A DNA stretch of 64,000 nt. Source: an uncultured Planctomycetaceae bacterium. Lineage in GTDB: Bacteria; Planctomycetota; Planctomycetia; Planctomycetales; Planctomycetaceae. The translations under genes were made by a program, and so were the position numbers. Shown here in pieces: positions 22,099 to 32,785 of the stretch. The number at the start of each line of letters is the position of its first letter. Position 1 is the stretch's first letter. Below the pieces are notes generated by a model. It made no database searches. It had not been told where the DNA came from and saw only the letters and a program-made list of their open reading frames with translations. The DNA is taken from positions 544,001 through 608,000 of the forward strand of contig CAWFAK010000007.1 in NCBI GenBank assembly GCA_963813715.1, read 5' to 3'.

Positions 22099-23034
22099 AT
22101 GAACGAGTTTCTCTGCCGCGTACTCCTCTGCGGGGCCCTTCTCTGCGGCACCCATCTCCTCAGCGCACCGGCCGGGGCAGCCGAGCCGGGATCCGAGACG
22201 GATTCAACCGACTCGGCGAAGGTTTCAAACAAGGAAGAGGGCACCCGCCGATCGCGTTACTTGAAAGAGCACTCGACGCTGACGAAGCAGGCCTACACCC
22301 AGCTCTTCAGCGGACCCTGCAACCAACGCAACACGCGGGACTGCTTTATTCTGGCGGCGATCGGTTCAATTCCCCTGTCGCAGCGCGAGGCACTCTTCCG
22401 GACGAGCATCACGCGGGAGGAGGATGGCTTCGAGATTCGGTTTCCGATGGGCGTTTCCGACGCGCACGACTCGGTACACGTTTCTAACCGCGATCTCGAG
22501 CCACAAGTGGTCCTCGTCAACGGAAAAAGAGTCGCCTATCAGCCGGTCAACACCACCGCCGGTTGGAAGGCCCTCGAAGCGGCCTACATCCTGCTGGCCT
22601 ACGGACGAGATGCCAACGGCCAGGTGAACCGCCAGGCAGCCGCCTATGGCGATCCGGTCGTCGTGCTGGAGCGCATGGTCAACACGAAGCGGTCGGCCCG
22701 GATTATCATCGGCAACGGCAAGAGCCCGCTGGCCGGCCTCTCGCCCAAGGTTCTGACGTCGGTCCGGCGTGTTTTCGACTCGTTCGACGCCAACCGCCAA
22801 ATGCTGATGCTGGGGAGCCTCGAGGCGTCGGTGAGGGAATTCGTCGTCGACGGCATCAAATTCAACAGACAGCACGCCTACGTCGCCTACGCGGTCGACC
22901 GCAAGAAGCAGTCGGTGACGCTGGTCAATCCTCACGATTCGACCCGGCCGCTTGTCGTCGCGTATGGCACCGTCGCCAGGGCCTTCCGCGTCGTTCGGCG
23001 CCTCGAATTCGACGCACAAAACACCTACCGCTAA
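22099..23034 (+). CDS. Secreted calpain-like (papain-fold) cysteine protease
   Basis: Signal peptide; QRNTRDCFILAAI (Cys), QHAYV (His), LVNPH (Asn); W..LEAAY. Confidence 0.7.
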   Translation: MNEFLCRVLLCGALLCGTHLLSAPAGAAEPGSETDSTDSAKVSNKEEGTRRSRYLKEHSTLTKQAYTQLFSGPCNQRNTRDCFILAAIGSIPLSQREALFRTSITREEDGFEIRFPMGVSDAHDSVHVSNRDLEPQVVLVNGKRVAYQPVNTTAGWKALEAAYILLAYGRDANGQVNRQAAAYGDPVVVLERMVNTKRSARIIIGNGKSPLAGLSPKVLTSVRRVFDSFDANRQMLMLGSLEASVREFVVDGIKFNRQHAYVAYAVDRKKQSVTLVNPHDSTRPLVVAYGTVARAFRVVRRLEFDAQNTYR

Positions 23035-23230
23035 ATCACCGTGCGCGATTTTGAGACGCTGGTGGGAAACCCTCGGTCAACGTCCCAAAATTGCGCGCAG
23101 TCGTTTAGGCGACGGCAGACCGCGCGTTGCTTTGAATTCGTGCCCGAACCGGTCAAAATGAGGTCCGATTTCGACGAAGAAACGCGGGCGGGAATCCGCC
23201 GCAACAGGCATTGTGAAAGGCGATTGAGCA

Positions 23231-24458
23231 ATGGCGAACGTGAAACAACTGGCTGAGGCTGCGCTGAACGAGGGTGCCGGTATCCTGCGACTGGCTCCCA
23301 ACTGGGTGCCGCGGTCGTTCCTGCAACCCGGCAAGCGGATCAAGCTGCATCCGGCCGATTATTATCGCGCTCGGCACGCACCGCGGGGGCATCGACGAGC
23401 GCTGGTTCGCCTCCACCACACCGGCCACCAACGAGGGAGCCCCGCCCGACGAAGGGCTAAGCTACGCGGTCTTCGGCAAAGAGCGGTTCACGCTTCGCGA
23501 CGCCGTAGCCGACCTCGGCGCCGAGTTGGTGGGCGATGCGATCTGGAGCGCCTATCACCGCTGGCCCGTCTACTCGAAATTCTTCGACAACATGGGGCCG
23601 ATTCCCCATCACATGCACCAGAACGACGCCCAGGCCAAGCTGGTGAAGCAGGAGGGCAAGCCCGAGTCGTACTACTTCCCGCCGCAGCTCAACGCTATCG
23701 GCAATAATTTTCCATACACGTTCATGGGCCTGGAGCCCGGGACGAGCAAGCAGGACGTGATCCGCTGCCTCGATCGTTGGAACGACGGCGATAACGGCAT
23801 CCTCGACCTGTCAAAGGCCTATCGTTTGAAGCCGGGCACCGGCTGGCTGGTGCCTCCCTGCGTGCTGCACGCCCCGGGCAGCCTCGTCACGTACGAGCCG
23901 CAATGGGGCAGCGACGTGTTCGGCATGTACCAGTCGATGGTGGAAGGCCGCGCCGTTCCCCGCTCGCTCTTGACGAAAGACTTCCCCAAGGAGAAGCACG
24001 ACGACGTCGCCTACCTCGTCGACGCTTTGGATTGGGAAGGGAACGTGAATCCAAACTTCAAGGATTCGCATTACCTCGAGCCGATCCCCGTCGCCCCCAC
24101 CGAGAAGGAAGGCTACGTCGATCGCTGGATCGTGTACGGCAAATTCGCCGGCAAGCAGCTGTTCACGGCTAAGGAGCTGACCGTCGAGCCGGGTGCCAAG
24201 TGCACGATCAAGGATGGCGGCGCCTACGGCTGGATCACCGTCCAGGGCAGCGGCCGCATCGGCAAGCTGCGGCTGGAAACGCCGGCCATGATCCGCTTCG
24301 GCCAGATGACCGAGGACGAAGTCTTCGTCAGCGCCAAAGCGGCGGCTGCCGGCGTCGTCGTCGAGAACACGGGCACGGGCCCGCTCGTCGGCCTCCGCTA
24401 CTTCGGCCCCGACGCCCAACCCAACGCCCCCAACGTCGGCGATCACAAGAAACGCTGA
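23231..24458 (+). CDS. Conserved cupin-fold protein (phosphomannose-isomerase-like); frameshift near 23365
   Basis: [27 protein letters not shown] His/Glu metal-ligand pattern. Confidence 0.7.
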
Positions 24459-24538
24459 GCCGAGCGGCGCCATGCGCCATCGACGCCGCGCGCCCATTCC
24501 CATGTCCGGCAGCACCGTATCCCAGACGGAAACTCACT

Positions 24539-25594
24539 ATGACGACTTCCACGCGCAACAACTTTCCCAAACTGCATAACGCGGCCTGGCCGGGGGTCGT
24601 CGGTAAGGGGCCCGATTCTGAGCCGCCGATCGAGCTCGACACGATGCTCGACCTGACGGCAGCGGCAGAGGTTAACGGCACGAAGTTCGACGGGGTCGAC
24701 CTGTTTCTCTTCGCGCCGCACGTCGACATCGATTCGTCGGATGACGATCTTAAACGCTTGGCCGAGCGGGTCCGTTCGCGGAACCTAGTCATCGGCTCGG
24801 TCGTCGCGCCGGTTTGGCCTCCGACCGGGGGCGGTTCCGCGATGGGGAGCGAGGCCGAGCGCAAGGTGTTTTTGGATCAGGTTCGTAAAGGCTGCCGCAT
24901 CGCGCGGCGGCTCAAAGAAATCGGCGCGCGGCCGTACGGGGTTGTGCGGATCGATTCCGCGGCGGGCCCGGGCGACTGGTCGAAGGATCCCGAAACCAAT
25001 CAGCGCCACATCGCCGACACCTTCCGCCAGGCCTGCGACATCGCGGCGGACGCGGGCGAGCGGCTGGCGGCCGAGGGGGAAATCTGCTGGGGGGGCATGC
25101 ACAGCTGGAAGCGGATGCTTCAGCTGCTGGAGCTCGTCGATCGCCCGGGCACACTCGGTTTCCAGGCCGACATGGCCCACACGCTGCTTTACACGCTGGG
25201 ACACAACGCGGCCGAGGATCGCATCCTGCCCGCCAACTTCGATTGGAAAGACCCGGCTCAACTCGATAGCGCGCTGAAGACGCTGACCTCCGCGTTACGA
25301 CCCTGGACGATCGACTTCCATGTCGCCCAGAACGACGCGACGGTCAAAGGCTCCGGCTCCCACGACAAAACGGGCCGTCACTGCCTGCCGAACGATCCGA
25401 ACGGCAAACTGAAAATCGCCCACCACGCCGGCTTCTGGCTCCGCGACAGCTACGGCAACCTGACCAAGCGGCTGCGACACATCTGCTGGGACGGCTGCAT
25501 GTTCTCGAACGAAACGATGATGAAGCCGCAAACTTGGAACGAAATCCTCGCGGCCATGGTCAGCGTCCGCGAAGCACACGGCTGGAAGGAATAG
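24539..25594 (+). CDS. Sugar phosphate isomerase/epimerase (xylose-isomerase-like TIM barrel)
   Basis: [26 protein letters not shown] metal-binding pattern. Confidence 0.75.
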   Translation: MTTSTRNNFPKLHNAAWPGVVGKGPDSEPPIELDTMLDLTAAAEVNGTKFDGVDLFLFAPHVDIDSSDDDLKRLAERVRSRNLVIGSVVAPVWPPTGGGSAMGSEAERKVFLDQVRKGCRIARRLKEIGARPYGVVRIDSAAGPGDWSKDPETNQRHIADTFRQACDIAADAGERLAAEGEICWGGMHSWKRMLQLLELVDRPGTLGFQADMAHTLLYTLGHNAAEDRILPANFDWKDPAQLDSALKTLTSALRPWTIDFHVAQNDATVKGSGSHDKTGRHCLPNDPNGKLKIAHHAGFWLRDSYGNLTKRLRHICWDGCMFSNETMMKPQTWNEILAAMVSVREAHGWKE

Positions 25595-25602
25595 GGACAA
25601 TC

Positions 25603-26745
25603 ATGCCCAAGCCACTCAACATCGGTCTGATCGGTTACGGATTCATGGGGCGTGCGCACTCGAACGCGTATCGTCGCGTGAATAATTTCTTTCAACTCGG
25701 GCATAAACCCGTGCTGAAGGCGATTTGCGCCCGCAACGAAGATCAGGCTCAGATCTTCGCCGACACATGGGGTTATGAGTCGATCGAGACCGATTGGAAG
25801 GAGCTGGTCGCGCGGAAGGATATTGACGCCGTCGACATCTGCGTACCGAACAACCTGCATCACGACATCGCCATCGCCGCGGCGCAGGCCGGCAAGATGG
25901 TGCTGTGCGAGAAGCCCCTGTCGATGAACACGGCCGAAGGGTCCAAGATGGTGGAGGCCGTCGAGAAGGCCGGCGTGCCGAACATGGTTTGGTACAACTA
26001 CCGCCGCGTGCCGGCCGTCACGATGGCCAAGCGGCTGATTGAGGAAGGCCGCCTGGGGAGAATCTTTCACTATCGCGCGGTGTTTCTGCAGGACTGGACG
26101 ATCTCGGCTGACCTGCCTCAAGGGGGCACCGGGCTCTGGCGGCTCGATGCCCAGGCGGCCGGCAGCGGCGTCACCGGCGACCTGTTGGCACACTGCATCG
26201 ATACGGCACTTTGGCTTAATGGCAAGATCGACAGCGTTACCGCGATGACCGAGACCTTTATCAAGGAGCGTCCGCACACTCTCACCGGCAAGGTCGAGAA
26301 GGTCGAGATCGACGACGCCTGCGCGTTCCTGGCCCGTTTCGGCAACGGCTCGCTGGGCACCTTCGAGTCGACTCGCTATGCCCGCGGCCACAAGGCACTT
26401 TACACGTTCGAGGTCAACGGCGAGAAAGCCTCGCTCAAATGGGACCTGCACGACCTGCATCGCCTCGAGTATTTCGACCACGGCGACGAAGGAAAGCTTC
26501 GCGGCTGGCGGTCAATTCATGTCACCGATCACGGCGGCGAGCATCCCTACATGGACAAATGGTGGGTCCCTGGGCTGCAGATCGGCTACGAGCACAGCTT
26601 CGTGCACCAGGTGGCCGATTTCCTCTCAGGCCTGGAAACGGGGACGCCGGCCGAGCCGACCTTCAAGACGGCCCTCGAGACGCAGAAGGTCTGCGACGCC
26701 GTGTTGGCGAGCGCCCGGGAAGGCCGCTGGACGAGAATTGCGTAG
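25603..26745 (+). CDS. Gfo/Idh/MocA family oxidoreductase
   Basis: [32 protein letters not shown]. Confidence 0.93.
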   Translation: MPKPLNIGLIGYGFMGRAHSNAYRRVNNFFQLGHKPVLKAICARNEDQAQIFADTWGYESIETDWKELVARKDIDAVDICVPNNLHHDIAIAAAQAGKMVLCEKPLSMNTAEGSKMVEAVEKAGVPNMVWYNYRRVPAVTMAKRLIEEGRLGRIFHYRAVFLQDWTISADLPQGGTGLWRLDAQAAGSGVTGDLLAHCIDTALWLNGKIDSVTAMTETFIKERPHTLTGKVEKVEIDDACAFLARFGNGSLGTFESTRYARGHKALYTFEVNGEKASLKWDLHDLHRLEYFDHGDEGKLRGWRSIHVTDHGGEHPYMDKWWVPGLQIGYEHSFVHQVADFLSGLETGTPAEPTFKTALETQKVCDAVLASAREGRWTRIA

Positions 26746-26814
26746 CTATTCACAGTTGGCGGCCGGTATAATCGTTGCGTCCTCGGCGCGTTTTCGGGGA
26801 TTCGTTGCAAGGGG

Positions 26815-26846
26815 TCTCGCCACAGACGGCGGACGCCTTTTTTTTG
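26815..26846 (+). terminator. Hairpin plus T-tract upstream of greA
   Basis: GTC(T)CGCC-ACAGAC-GGCGGAC stem followed by GCC and about 8 T. Confidence 0.5.
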
Positions 26847-26936
26847 TTCGCCCGCGTCAATTCGATCGAGGCGCCGCATTCTCGAATTCGCCGGCCGGCG
26901 GCAGCACAAACCGAACGGCCCGGGGAGTTTGCACGT

Positions 26937-27416
26937 ATGGAAATGCAACCGATTTCACGCGAGGGATACGACAAGCTCCGCGAGGAGATCCGCCGGCTCG
27001 AGGATGACGAAATGCCCCGCATCGCGGCCCAAATCGCTGCCGCCCGAGCCGAGGGGGACTTGAGCGAGAACGCCGAGTACCACGGCCAGCGCGAGGCGCA
27101 GGGCCTGTTGCAGGCCAAGATCAACCAGCTCAAGAGCAAGCTCGGCAACTGCTACATCGCCGACAAGTCGTCCATGCCGAAGGGGGTCGTCGCCTTCGGA
27201 GCCACCGTCACCATCAAGGACCTTTCCGACGGTTCGCTGGAAAAGTACGAGCTGGTCGGGCCGGGCGAAGAAAACTACGACGGCGAAGTGATGAAGATCC
27301 TCACCAGCAGTCCCATCGCGCAAGGCCTGTTGGGGAAAAAAGTGGGCGACTCGGCCGAAGTCACCATTCCCCGCGGTGTGCTGCGGATGAAGATCGTCGA
27401 AATCGCCGACGCCTGA
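26937..27416 (+). CDS. greA: Transcription elongation factor GreA
   Basis: [34 protein letters not shown]. Confidence 0.96.
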   Translation: MEMQPISREGYDKLREEIRRLEDDEMPRIAAQIAAARAEGDLSENAEYHGQREAQGLLQAKINQLKSKLGNCYIADKSSMPKGVVAFGATVTIKDLSDGSLEKYELVGPGEENYDGEVMKILTSSPIAQGLLGKKVGDSAEVTIPRGVLRMKIVEIADA

Positions 27417-27585
27417 GTGTTTTTTGGCCCTCTTGCTCCGCCTGCCGCTCGGTCCCCCTGCCGCTGACTAAACACACCGTCCGCCCGCCGCCGCTTCGCC
27501 CGTGATTGTCTGCCCGCCGGCTCGATTTGACACACCCTCGGACCTCCGAACGGATTCCCCTCCTCCAGCGAAAGAGTTTTCTACC

Positions 27586-28877
27586 GTGCGCCCGAACCTG
27601 TCGGACCTTGGACCTCTTACGCCCGGGGTCACCATCTTGCCGCGCGTCATTGTGGCGGTCTTATCGCTCTTACTCTGCGTAGCGAGCGCGGCCCAAGCCG
27701 ACGATTGGTTTCAATTCCGCGGACCGGACGGCGAAGGTCATTCGACCGCACTGGGTCTGCCGACGCATTGGAGCAAGACGGAGCACGTCCGCTGGCGGCA
27801 GCCGATTCCCGGACGCGGCTGGTCGTCGCCCATCTGCGTCGGAAACCAGATCTTCCTCACCACAGCCGTGCCAAGCGGCTCGACCCATTCACTGCACGTG
27901 CTGTCGCTTGATGCCGTCACCGGCAAGATTTTGTGGGACGAAACGATCTTTGAGCGGTTAGCCACAGACCGTGCCCGCATTCACTCCAAGAATTCGCACG
28001 CGAGCCCCACGCCTCTGGCCGACGGCGGCCGACTGTTCGTTCACTTCGGCACACACGGCACGGCTTGCCTATCGCTCGACGGCAAGGTGCTGTGGAAAAC
28101 GCGCGACCTGGTCTACCAGCCGAACCATGGCAGCGGTGGCTCACCCGTGCTGGTCGACGGGGTGCTCGTGTTTAGCTGTGACGGGGCCGACAAACAGTTT
28201 GTCGCCGCTCTCGACGCCGACACGGGCAAGCTGCGTTGGAAGAAGAACCGCCCCCCCTGCGACGAGCCGAAGAAATTCGCCTTCGGCACGCCGCTGGCGA
28301 TCGAGGTCGATGGTCGCAAGCAGATCGTCAGTCCCGGCGCGAACTGGGTAGTCGCCTACGATCCGCAAACAGGTGACGAAATCTGGCGCGTCCGTTACGA
28401 GGGATATTCGGTGGTGCCCCGGCCCGTGTACGGCAATGGACTCGTCTACCTGTCGACCAGCTTCGACTCCCGCAGGTGCTCGCCATTCGCTCAAATGGCC
28501 ACGGCGACGTGACCGATACTCACGTGGCTTGGCGACAGTCCCGCTCCGCCCCCTCCACTCCGTCACCCCTCTTGATCGGGAACAACCTGTTTCTGATCAG
28601 CGATAGCGGAGTCGCCTCGTGTCTCGATGCCAAGACCGGCAAGCCCCGCTGGACTCATCGCATCGGCGGCACGTTCTCGGCTTCGCCGATGGTCGCCGAG
28701 GGGCGGATCTACTTGTTGAGCGAGATGGGCGAGAGCACGATCTTTCGGGCGACCGGGGAGCGCTACGTCGAAATCGCCCGCAACAAGCTCGACGAGCGGG
28801 CACTCGCCTCGCTGGCGGTAATCGATCGGGGCCTGCTCCTCCGTACGGACGAGGCCCTGTATCGGATCGAGAATTGA
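27586..28877 (+). CDS. PQQ-like beta-propeller (BamB-type) protein; frameshift near 28470; start uncertain
   Basis: DWFQFRGP, GWSSP, ASPTP, GGSP, TGxxxW repeats, FSASP. Confidence 0.9.
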
Positions 28878-28898
28878 GGGCGGATCGAGAATTGAGGG
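28863..28898. repeat. Perfect 18-bp tandem duplication covering the stop codon
   Basis: CGGATCGAGAATTGAGGG twice. Confidence 0.9.
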
Positions 28899-28994
28899 CG
28901 ATCGCCGCAGAGGCGGGTGGGTGGTTTAACCGAAGCTAGCCAAGGACCAAGCGGCTGACTGACATCTCCGGTTCGGCCGACTGCGATTTCTCGC

Positions 28995-29234
28995 TCAGCC
29001 CACTGAGATTTCATTGACCAGCTGCACAGCCGGGGCCGCTGTCAGAATCGCCTGAGTGACCAGCTGCTTGGCGTAATAGGTGGCGGTGCGTCCGGTGACC
29101 ACCAAGCGGTTTTCCCGCTGATGGATGGCCAGTTCGCGAACTTGCTGCTGCGTTTGGCGATGGATGAAGCGAATCAGCTCAGAAAGGCTTGGCGAATTGG
29201 GGCGAGCGGTGGGCTCCGTCGTCACGAACGGCAT
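28995..29234 (-). CDS. Small BON-like domain protein
   Basis: LVVTGRTATYYAKQLVTQAI...NEISV pattern typical of small planctomycete BON proteins. Confidence 0.8.
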   Translation of the reverse strand: MPFVTTEPTARPNSPSLSELIRFIHRQTQQQVRELAIHQRENRLVVTGRTATYYAKQLVTQAILTAAPAVQLVNEISVG

Positions 29235-29278
29235 GACAGCTCCAAGTGCGTGCAGTGGCTTGTTTTGAAACGAGCGAT

Positions 29279-29295
29279 AGCGAATGGCGTGCCGG
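29279..29295 (-). promoter_or_regulatory. Putative sigma54 -24/-12 promoter of the BON gene
   Basis: Minus strand CCGGCACGCCATTCGCT, GG-N10-GC, versus consensus TGGCACG-N4-TTGC; about 45 nt upstream of the ATG. Confidence 0.65.
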
Positions 29296-29630
29296 CTCCT
29301 GGGAATCGCAGTTACACCGACCGTTGAGCAGCCGTGGGGCGGGCGATTCGGAGTGTGAATCGGCCTCCCGCGCGTGCTCAGATTTGTCGCAAATCCAGTT
29401 TTGACAAGCAATTTCCGACGATGCCTCAAGCCCGCACACTGGTCAGCTACAAGTGAGCGGCAGCGACAAGTTGGCCCTGACCGGGGCGAGTCGACTCGCC
29501 ACAACCCGAAGGCCAGTGACGCAGGTTTAGGCAGCTCTGAGGAGATTCGTGCAAGCCGATCCGTGGACCGAGTGATCGGCGCGAGCAGGGCGACAGAGTG
29601 CGAGCGTGGCGGAGCGGTCCGGGCGGCAAC

Positions 29631-29665
29631 AAAAAAAGGCTCCGGGAGAAAACTCCGAAGCCCTT
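29631..29665 (-). terminator. Intrinsic terminator
   Basis: Minus strand GGCTTCGGAG-TTTT-CTCCCGGAGCC-TTTTTTT. Confidence 0.75.
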
Positions 29666-29761
29666 AGTCTTAGTTCAGAATAGCCGTTGACGACGGAACT
29701 GGTTCGTCAACGATCAGGCGCACGCCGGCGCGCGTGAGCACTCAATCGATCGATCGTGAGC

Positions 29762-30043
29762 CTAGGTCTGGCTCTCGACGTGCGGACCGTGATCGTAGCA
29801 ATCGCTGTGGTGCCATAGCGGCAGACCGGCGGCATAACGCGCGGCCAGCATCAGCACCTTCGCCTCGGAACCCGGCTTCGCGGTGGTCGGGCGGATCGGA
29901 TCGACGCCACGAGCCCGGAATTGCTCTTCGGTATAGTATTCGAGGGTTCCGTCATTCCCTCCGAACTCACTTTCCTCGTCGCTTTCCAGCGTCTCGACGG
30001 CGGGATCCGCACCGAACTCTTCGTCCTCAAAATCAAACGCCAT
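29762..30043 (-). CDS. Small hypothetical protein with acidic N-terminus
   Basis: GGAG Shine-Dalgarno; C-terminal PTTAKPGSEAKVLMLAARYAAGLPLWH; has its own promoter and terminator. Confidence 0.75.
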   Translation of the reverse strand: MAFDFEDEEFGADPAVETLESDEESEFGGNDGTLEYYTEEQFRARGVDPIRPTTAKPGSEAKVLMLAARYAAGLPLWHHSDCYDHGPHVESQT

Positions 30044-30258
30044 TCGTCAGACTCCAACTGTGTTTAAGGATTCGTGCGAAAAGCCAGCCAGGCGCGTTAG
30101 TTGGCCACGGGAATCCCGGAAACCAGGCTTGCACTGCATCGCCGTCGGCATCGCAAACTCAAAGCAGTTCGAGAAACTCAGACGGATCGAATCGGCAAAC
30201 TCATCGACGCAGAAGGCGTCATGCGGGCGGGCCGGAACTTGGGCTGGTCCATCAACCG

Positions 30259-30320
30259 ATTCTTGGGATCTGCGCGCTGATTGTCAATAAAAAAAACGGC
30301 AAAAATGCCGGGGAAAAGCC
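30259..30320 (-). promoter_or_regulatory. Sigma70-type promoter with UP-like T-tracts
   Basis: TTGACA (30287-82), 17 bp, AAGAAT (30264-59); T-tracts upstream. Confidence 0.55.
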
Positions 30321-30476
30321 AACATGATTGCAGCGTAAACTTCTTCAGAATTCTCAATTTTGGGACCGCCGACACAGCTTGCCCGAACGGTACGAATGTT
30401 CGCCGATACGCACGCTCCGCTGAACTCGAACCAAAAATTGGCGTCCGCGCCCCTGACGGTGACGGCCTCGGGGTCG

Positions 30477-32513
30477 CTACCGAACGCGGCGATGCGCGTC
30501 GTACCGCTTGAGCTTTTGGTAAAGCGTGGAGCGCTCGATGCCCAGGATCTCGGCCGTCCGCGTCATGTTCCAGTTCGTGCGTTCCAGCGTGGCCAGGATG
30601 TGCGCCTTTTCGACCAATTCCAGCGAGATATCCCCCTGCGGCTGGTCGATGACGTTCATCGTGGGATCGGACGGCGGCGTCCGCAGGGCGGTTAGCCGAA
30701 TGTCCTCTTCCCGCACGTGGTCGCCCGCACAGAGAATGACCGCCCGCTCCACGACGTTTTGCAATTCGCGGACGTTGCCTGGCCAGTCGTAGTTGGCGAG
30801 CGCGTCGAGGGCGCCGCGGGTGAAGCCGACGACCTGCCGTCCCGTCTTGCGGGCCGAGTTGTGCAAAAAGAACTCGCCCAGGACGGGGATGTCGGAACGC
30901 CGCTTGCGCAATGGCGTGACGGTGATCTCAACGACGTGCAAGCGGAAATAAAGGTCCTTGCGAAAGGTGCCCCGCTCCACTTCGCGTTCGAGGTTCCGGT
31001 TCGTGGCGGCGACGACCCGCACATCGACTTCGACCCGGGTGCGACCGCCGACGCGCTCGAACGGATGCCCCTCGAGTACGCGGAGGAACTTGGCCTGGAT
31101 GCCCAGGCTCATCTCGCCGACTTCATCGAGAAACAGCGTGCCCTTGTTGGCTTGCTCGAATTTGCCGATCTTCCGTTCAGTCGCCCCGGTGAAAGACCCC
31201 TTCTCGTGGCCGAAGAGCTCGCTTTCGAGCAGGCTCTCGGCCAAGGCGGCGCAGTTCATCGTGCAAAACGGGCGGCTTTTGCGATCGCTGCTGAAATGCA
31301 TGGCCTGGGCCACCAGTTCCTTCCCCACACCGCTTTCGCCGCGGATCAACACGGTCGCGTTGGTCGGGGCGAAGCGGGCGATCGTGGCGCGAAGCTCCTC
31401 AACTTCGGGGCTTTGGCCGACGATATGGCTATCCCCCTGCATCTGCTGGCGGAGCGCCTCATAGTCGGTGCGGATACGGTCCAGGCCGCGGGCCAGCGAC
31501 TCTTTCTCTTTCAGATTTCGCAGGGCGACCGCCATTTGATCGGCGACGGCGATGGTGAATTCCAAGTCCTCGGGCTGAAAGGGGTGCTTGGGATCGATGC
31601 AATACAGATGCACCAGTCCGTGGATCAGCGGGCCCAACTGAATCGGCGCGCAGATCACGCTGTCGGCCCGCACTTCGCCCAGGGCATCGCGATCCGAGAT
31701 CCGTGCGTCGTCGCGCACGTCGCGGGCGAGGATCGCTTCCCGCGTCGACAGAACCTGGGTCGACAGGTAGTTGGACACCATGTGATACGGGCTCTCGCCT
31801 CGGGCGCTGTACGCCACGACCGACAGTTGCGCGGCCTGCGCCCCCTCGGCCACGGCCTTGGGCAAAAGCAGCACGGCTCCGATGTCGAAGTTAATGCTGC
31901 CCCGCAACCCCGTGAGCACGACTTCCGCCAGATCCTTGGCTCCGGCGGCAGCCCCCATGTCGAGCGCCAGGCGATAGAGCGACGCCAATTCGCTCTGCGT
32001 CCGGTCGGGGCCGGAAATGGAGGCGGTCTCTTGCATCCGGTAGCGCGAGCTGCGGGCGCGGTGGACAATCTCCGGGTGGTCGGCTGACGGCGATTTGGGG
32101 TCGACGACATCCAACGAGAGCGCCGTGTCGGACTCATTGATGTCCGGCTTGGGCTCCTTCTGCGGGAACGGCTCGCCCAGGTTGAAAGTGAAGCCCAGCT
32201 CGTAGGGACCGATCTGGATCAGGTCGCCCGTCTCCAGCTCCCGCTCGCCGACGACGGGGCCGCCGTTCACGGTCGTGCCGTTGCGGCTGCCCAAGTCGCG
32301 AACCACCCAGGTGCTGCCGTTGCGATACAGCTCGCAGTGATTGCGGCTGCACAGCTCGTCGCGCAGCACGATCCGGTTGGTGGTGGCCCGCCCGATCGTC
32401 ATGACCTGTGTGGGAGACAGCCGAAAAATGTCGCGCCAGGAGTTTCCTTCCCGGACGACGAGGTACGCGTCGCGGGAATCGGGAGACTGAGGCACTGTCT
32501 GCTCCGCTTCCAT
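30477..32513 (-). CDS. FHA-GAF-AAA+-HTH sigma54-dependent transcriptional activator
   Basis: FHA (IGR, SRNH, DLGSRNGT), GAF, GESGVGKE, ELFGHEKGSFTGA, FLDEVG, WPGNVREL, Fis-type HTH. Confidence 0.95.
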   Translation of the reverse strand: MEAEQTVPQSPDSRDAYLVVREGNSWRDIFRLSPTQVMTIGRATTNRIVLRDELCSRNHCELYRNGSTWVVRDLGSRNGTTVNGGPVVGERELETGDLIQIGPYELGFTFNLGEPFPQKEPKPDINESDTALSLDVVDPKSPSADHPEIVHRARSSRYRMQETASISGPDRTQSELASLYRLALDMGAAAGAKDLAEVVLTGLRGSINFDIGAVLLLPKAVAEGAQAAQLSVVAYSARGESPYHMVSNYLSTQVLSTREAILARDVRDDARISDRDALGEVRADSVICAPIQLGPLIHGLVHLYCIDPKHPFQPEDLEFTIAVADQMAVALRNLKEKESLARGLDRIRTDYEALRQQMQGDSHIVGQSPEVEELRATIARFAPTNATVLIRGESGVGKELVAQAMHFSSDRKSRPFCTMNCAALAESLLESELFGHEKGSFTGATERKIGKFEQANKGTLFLDEVGEMSLGIQAKFLRVLEGHPFERVGGRTRVEVDVRVVAATNRNLEREVERGTFRKDLYFRLHVVEITVTPLRKRRSDIPVLGEFFLHNSARKTGRQVVGFTRGALDALANYDWPGNVRELQNVVERAVILCAGDHVREEDIRLTALRTPPSDPTMNVIDQPQGDISLELVEKAHILATLERTNWNMTRTAEILGIERSTLYQKLKRYDAHRRVR

Positions 32514-32785
32514 GGAAGCCAGAATAAACGACCTTCGCCGCAGCTGACAAGAACCGCCTTTTCGCCCCTCGTCGCGACGCGACGCACGTGGCGAGCCGAT
32601 TCCTGCCGGCAATTGCATTGTAGGGCGCCCGCGACATTCCTCTGAATTTCCGGTGCAGGAGGCGTGCCGGCGTCTGCTTGCAGCCCTGCGTTTTGCCTGT
32701 CATCCTAGATCGACACACGTGACGCACGCAGGATGGCCCCGCGTTTCTGTGTCTCGACAACTTGAGGTAGAAAGGGATCGATCCG

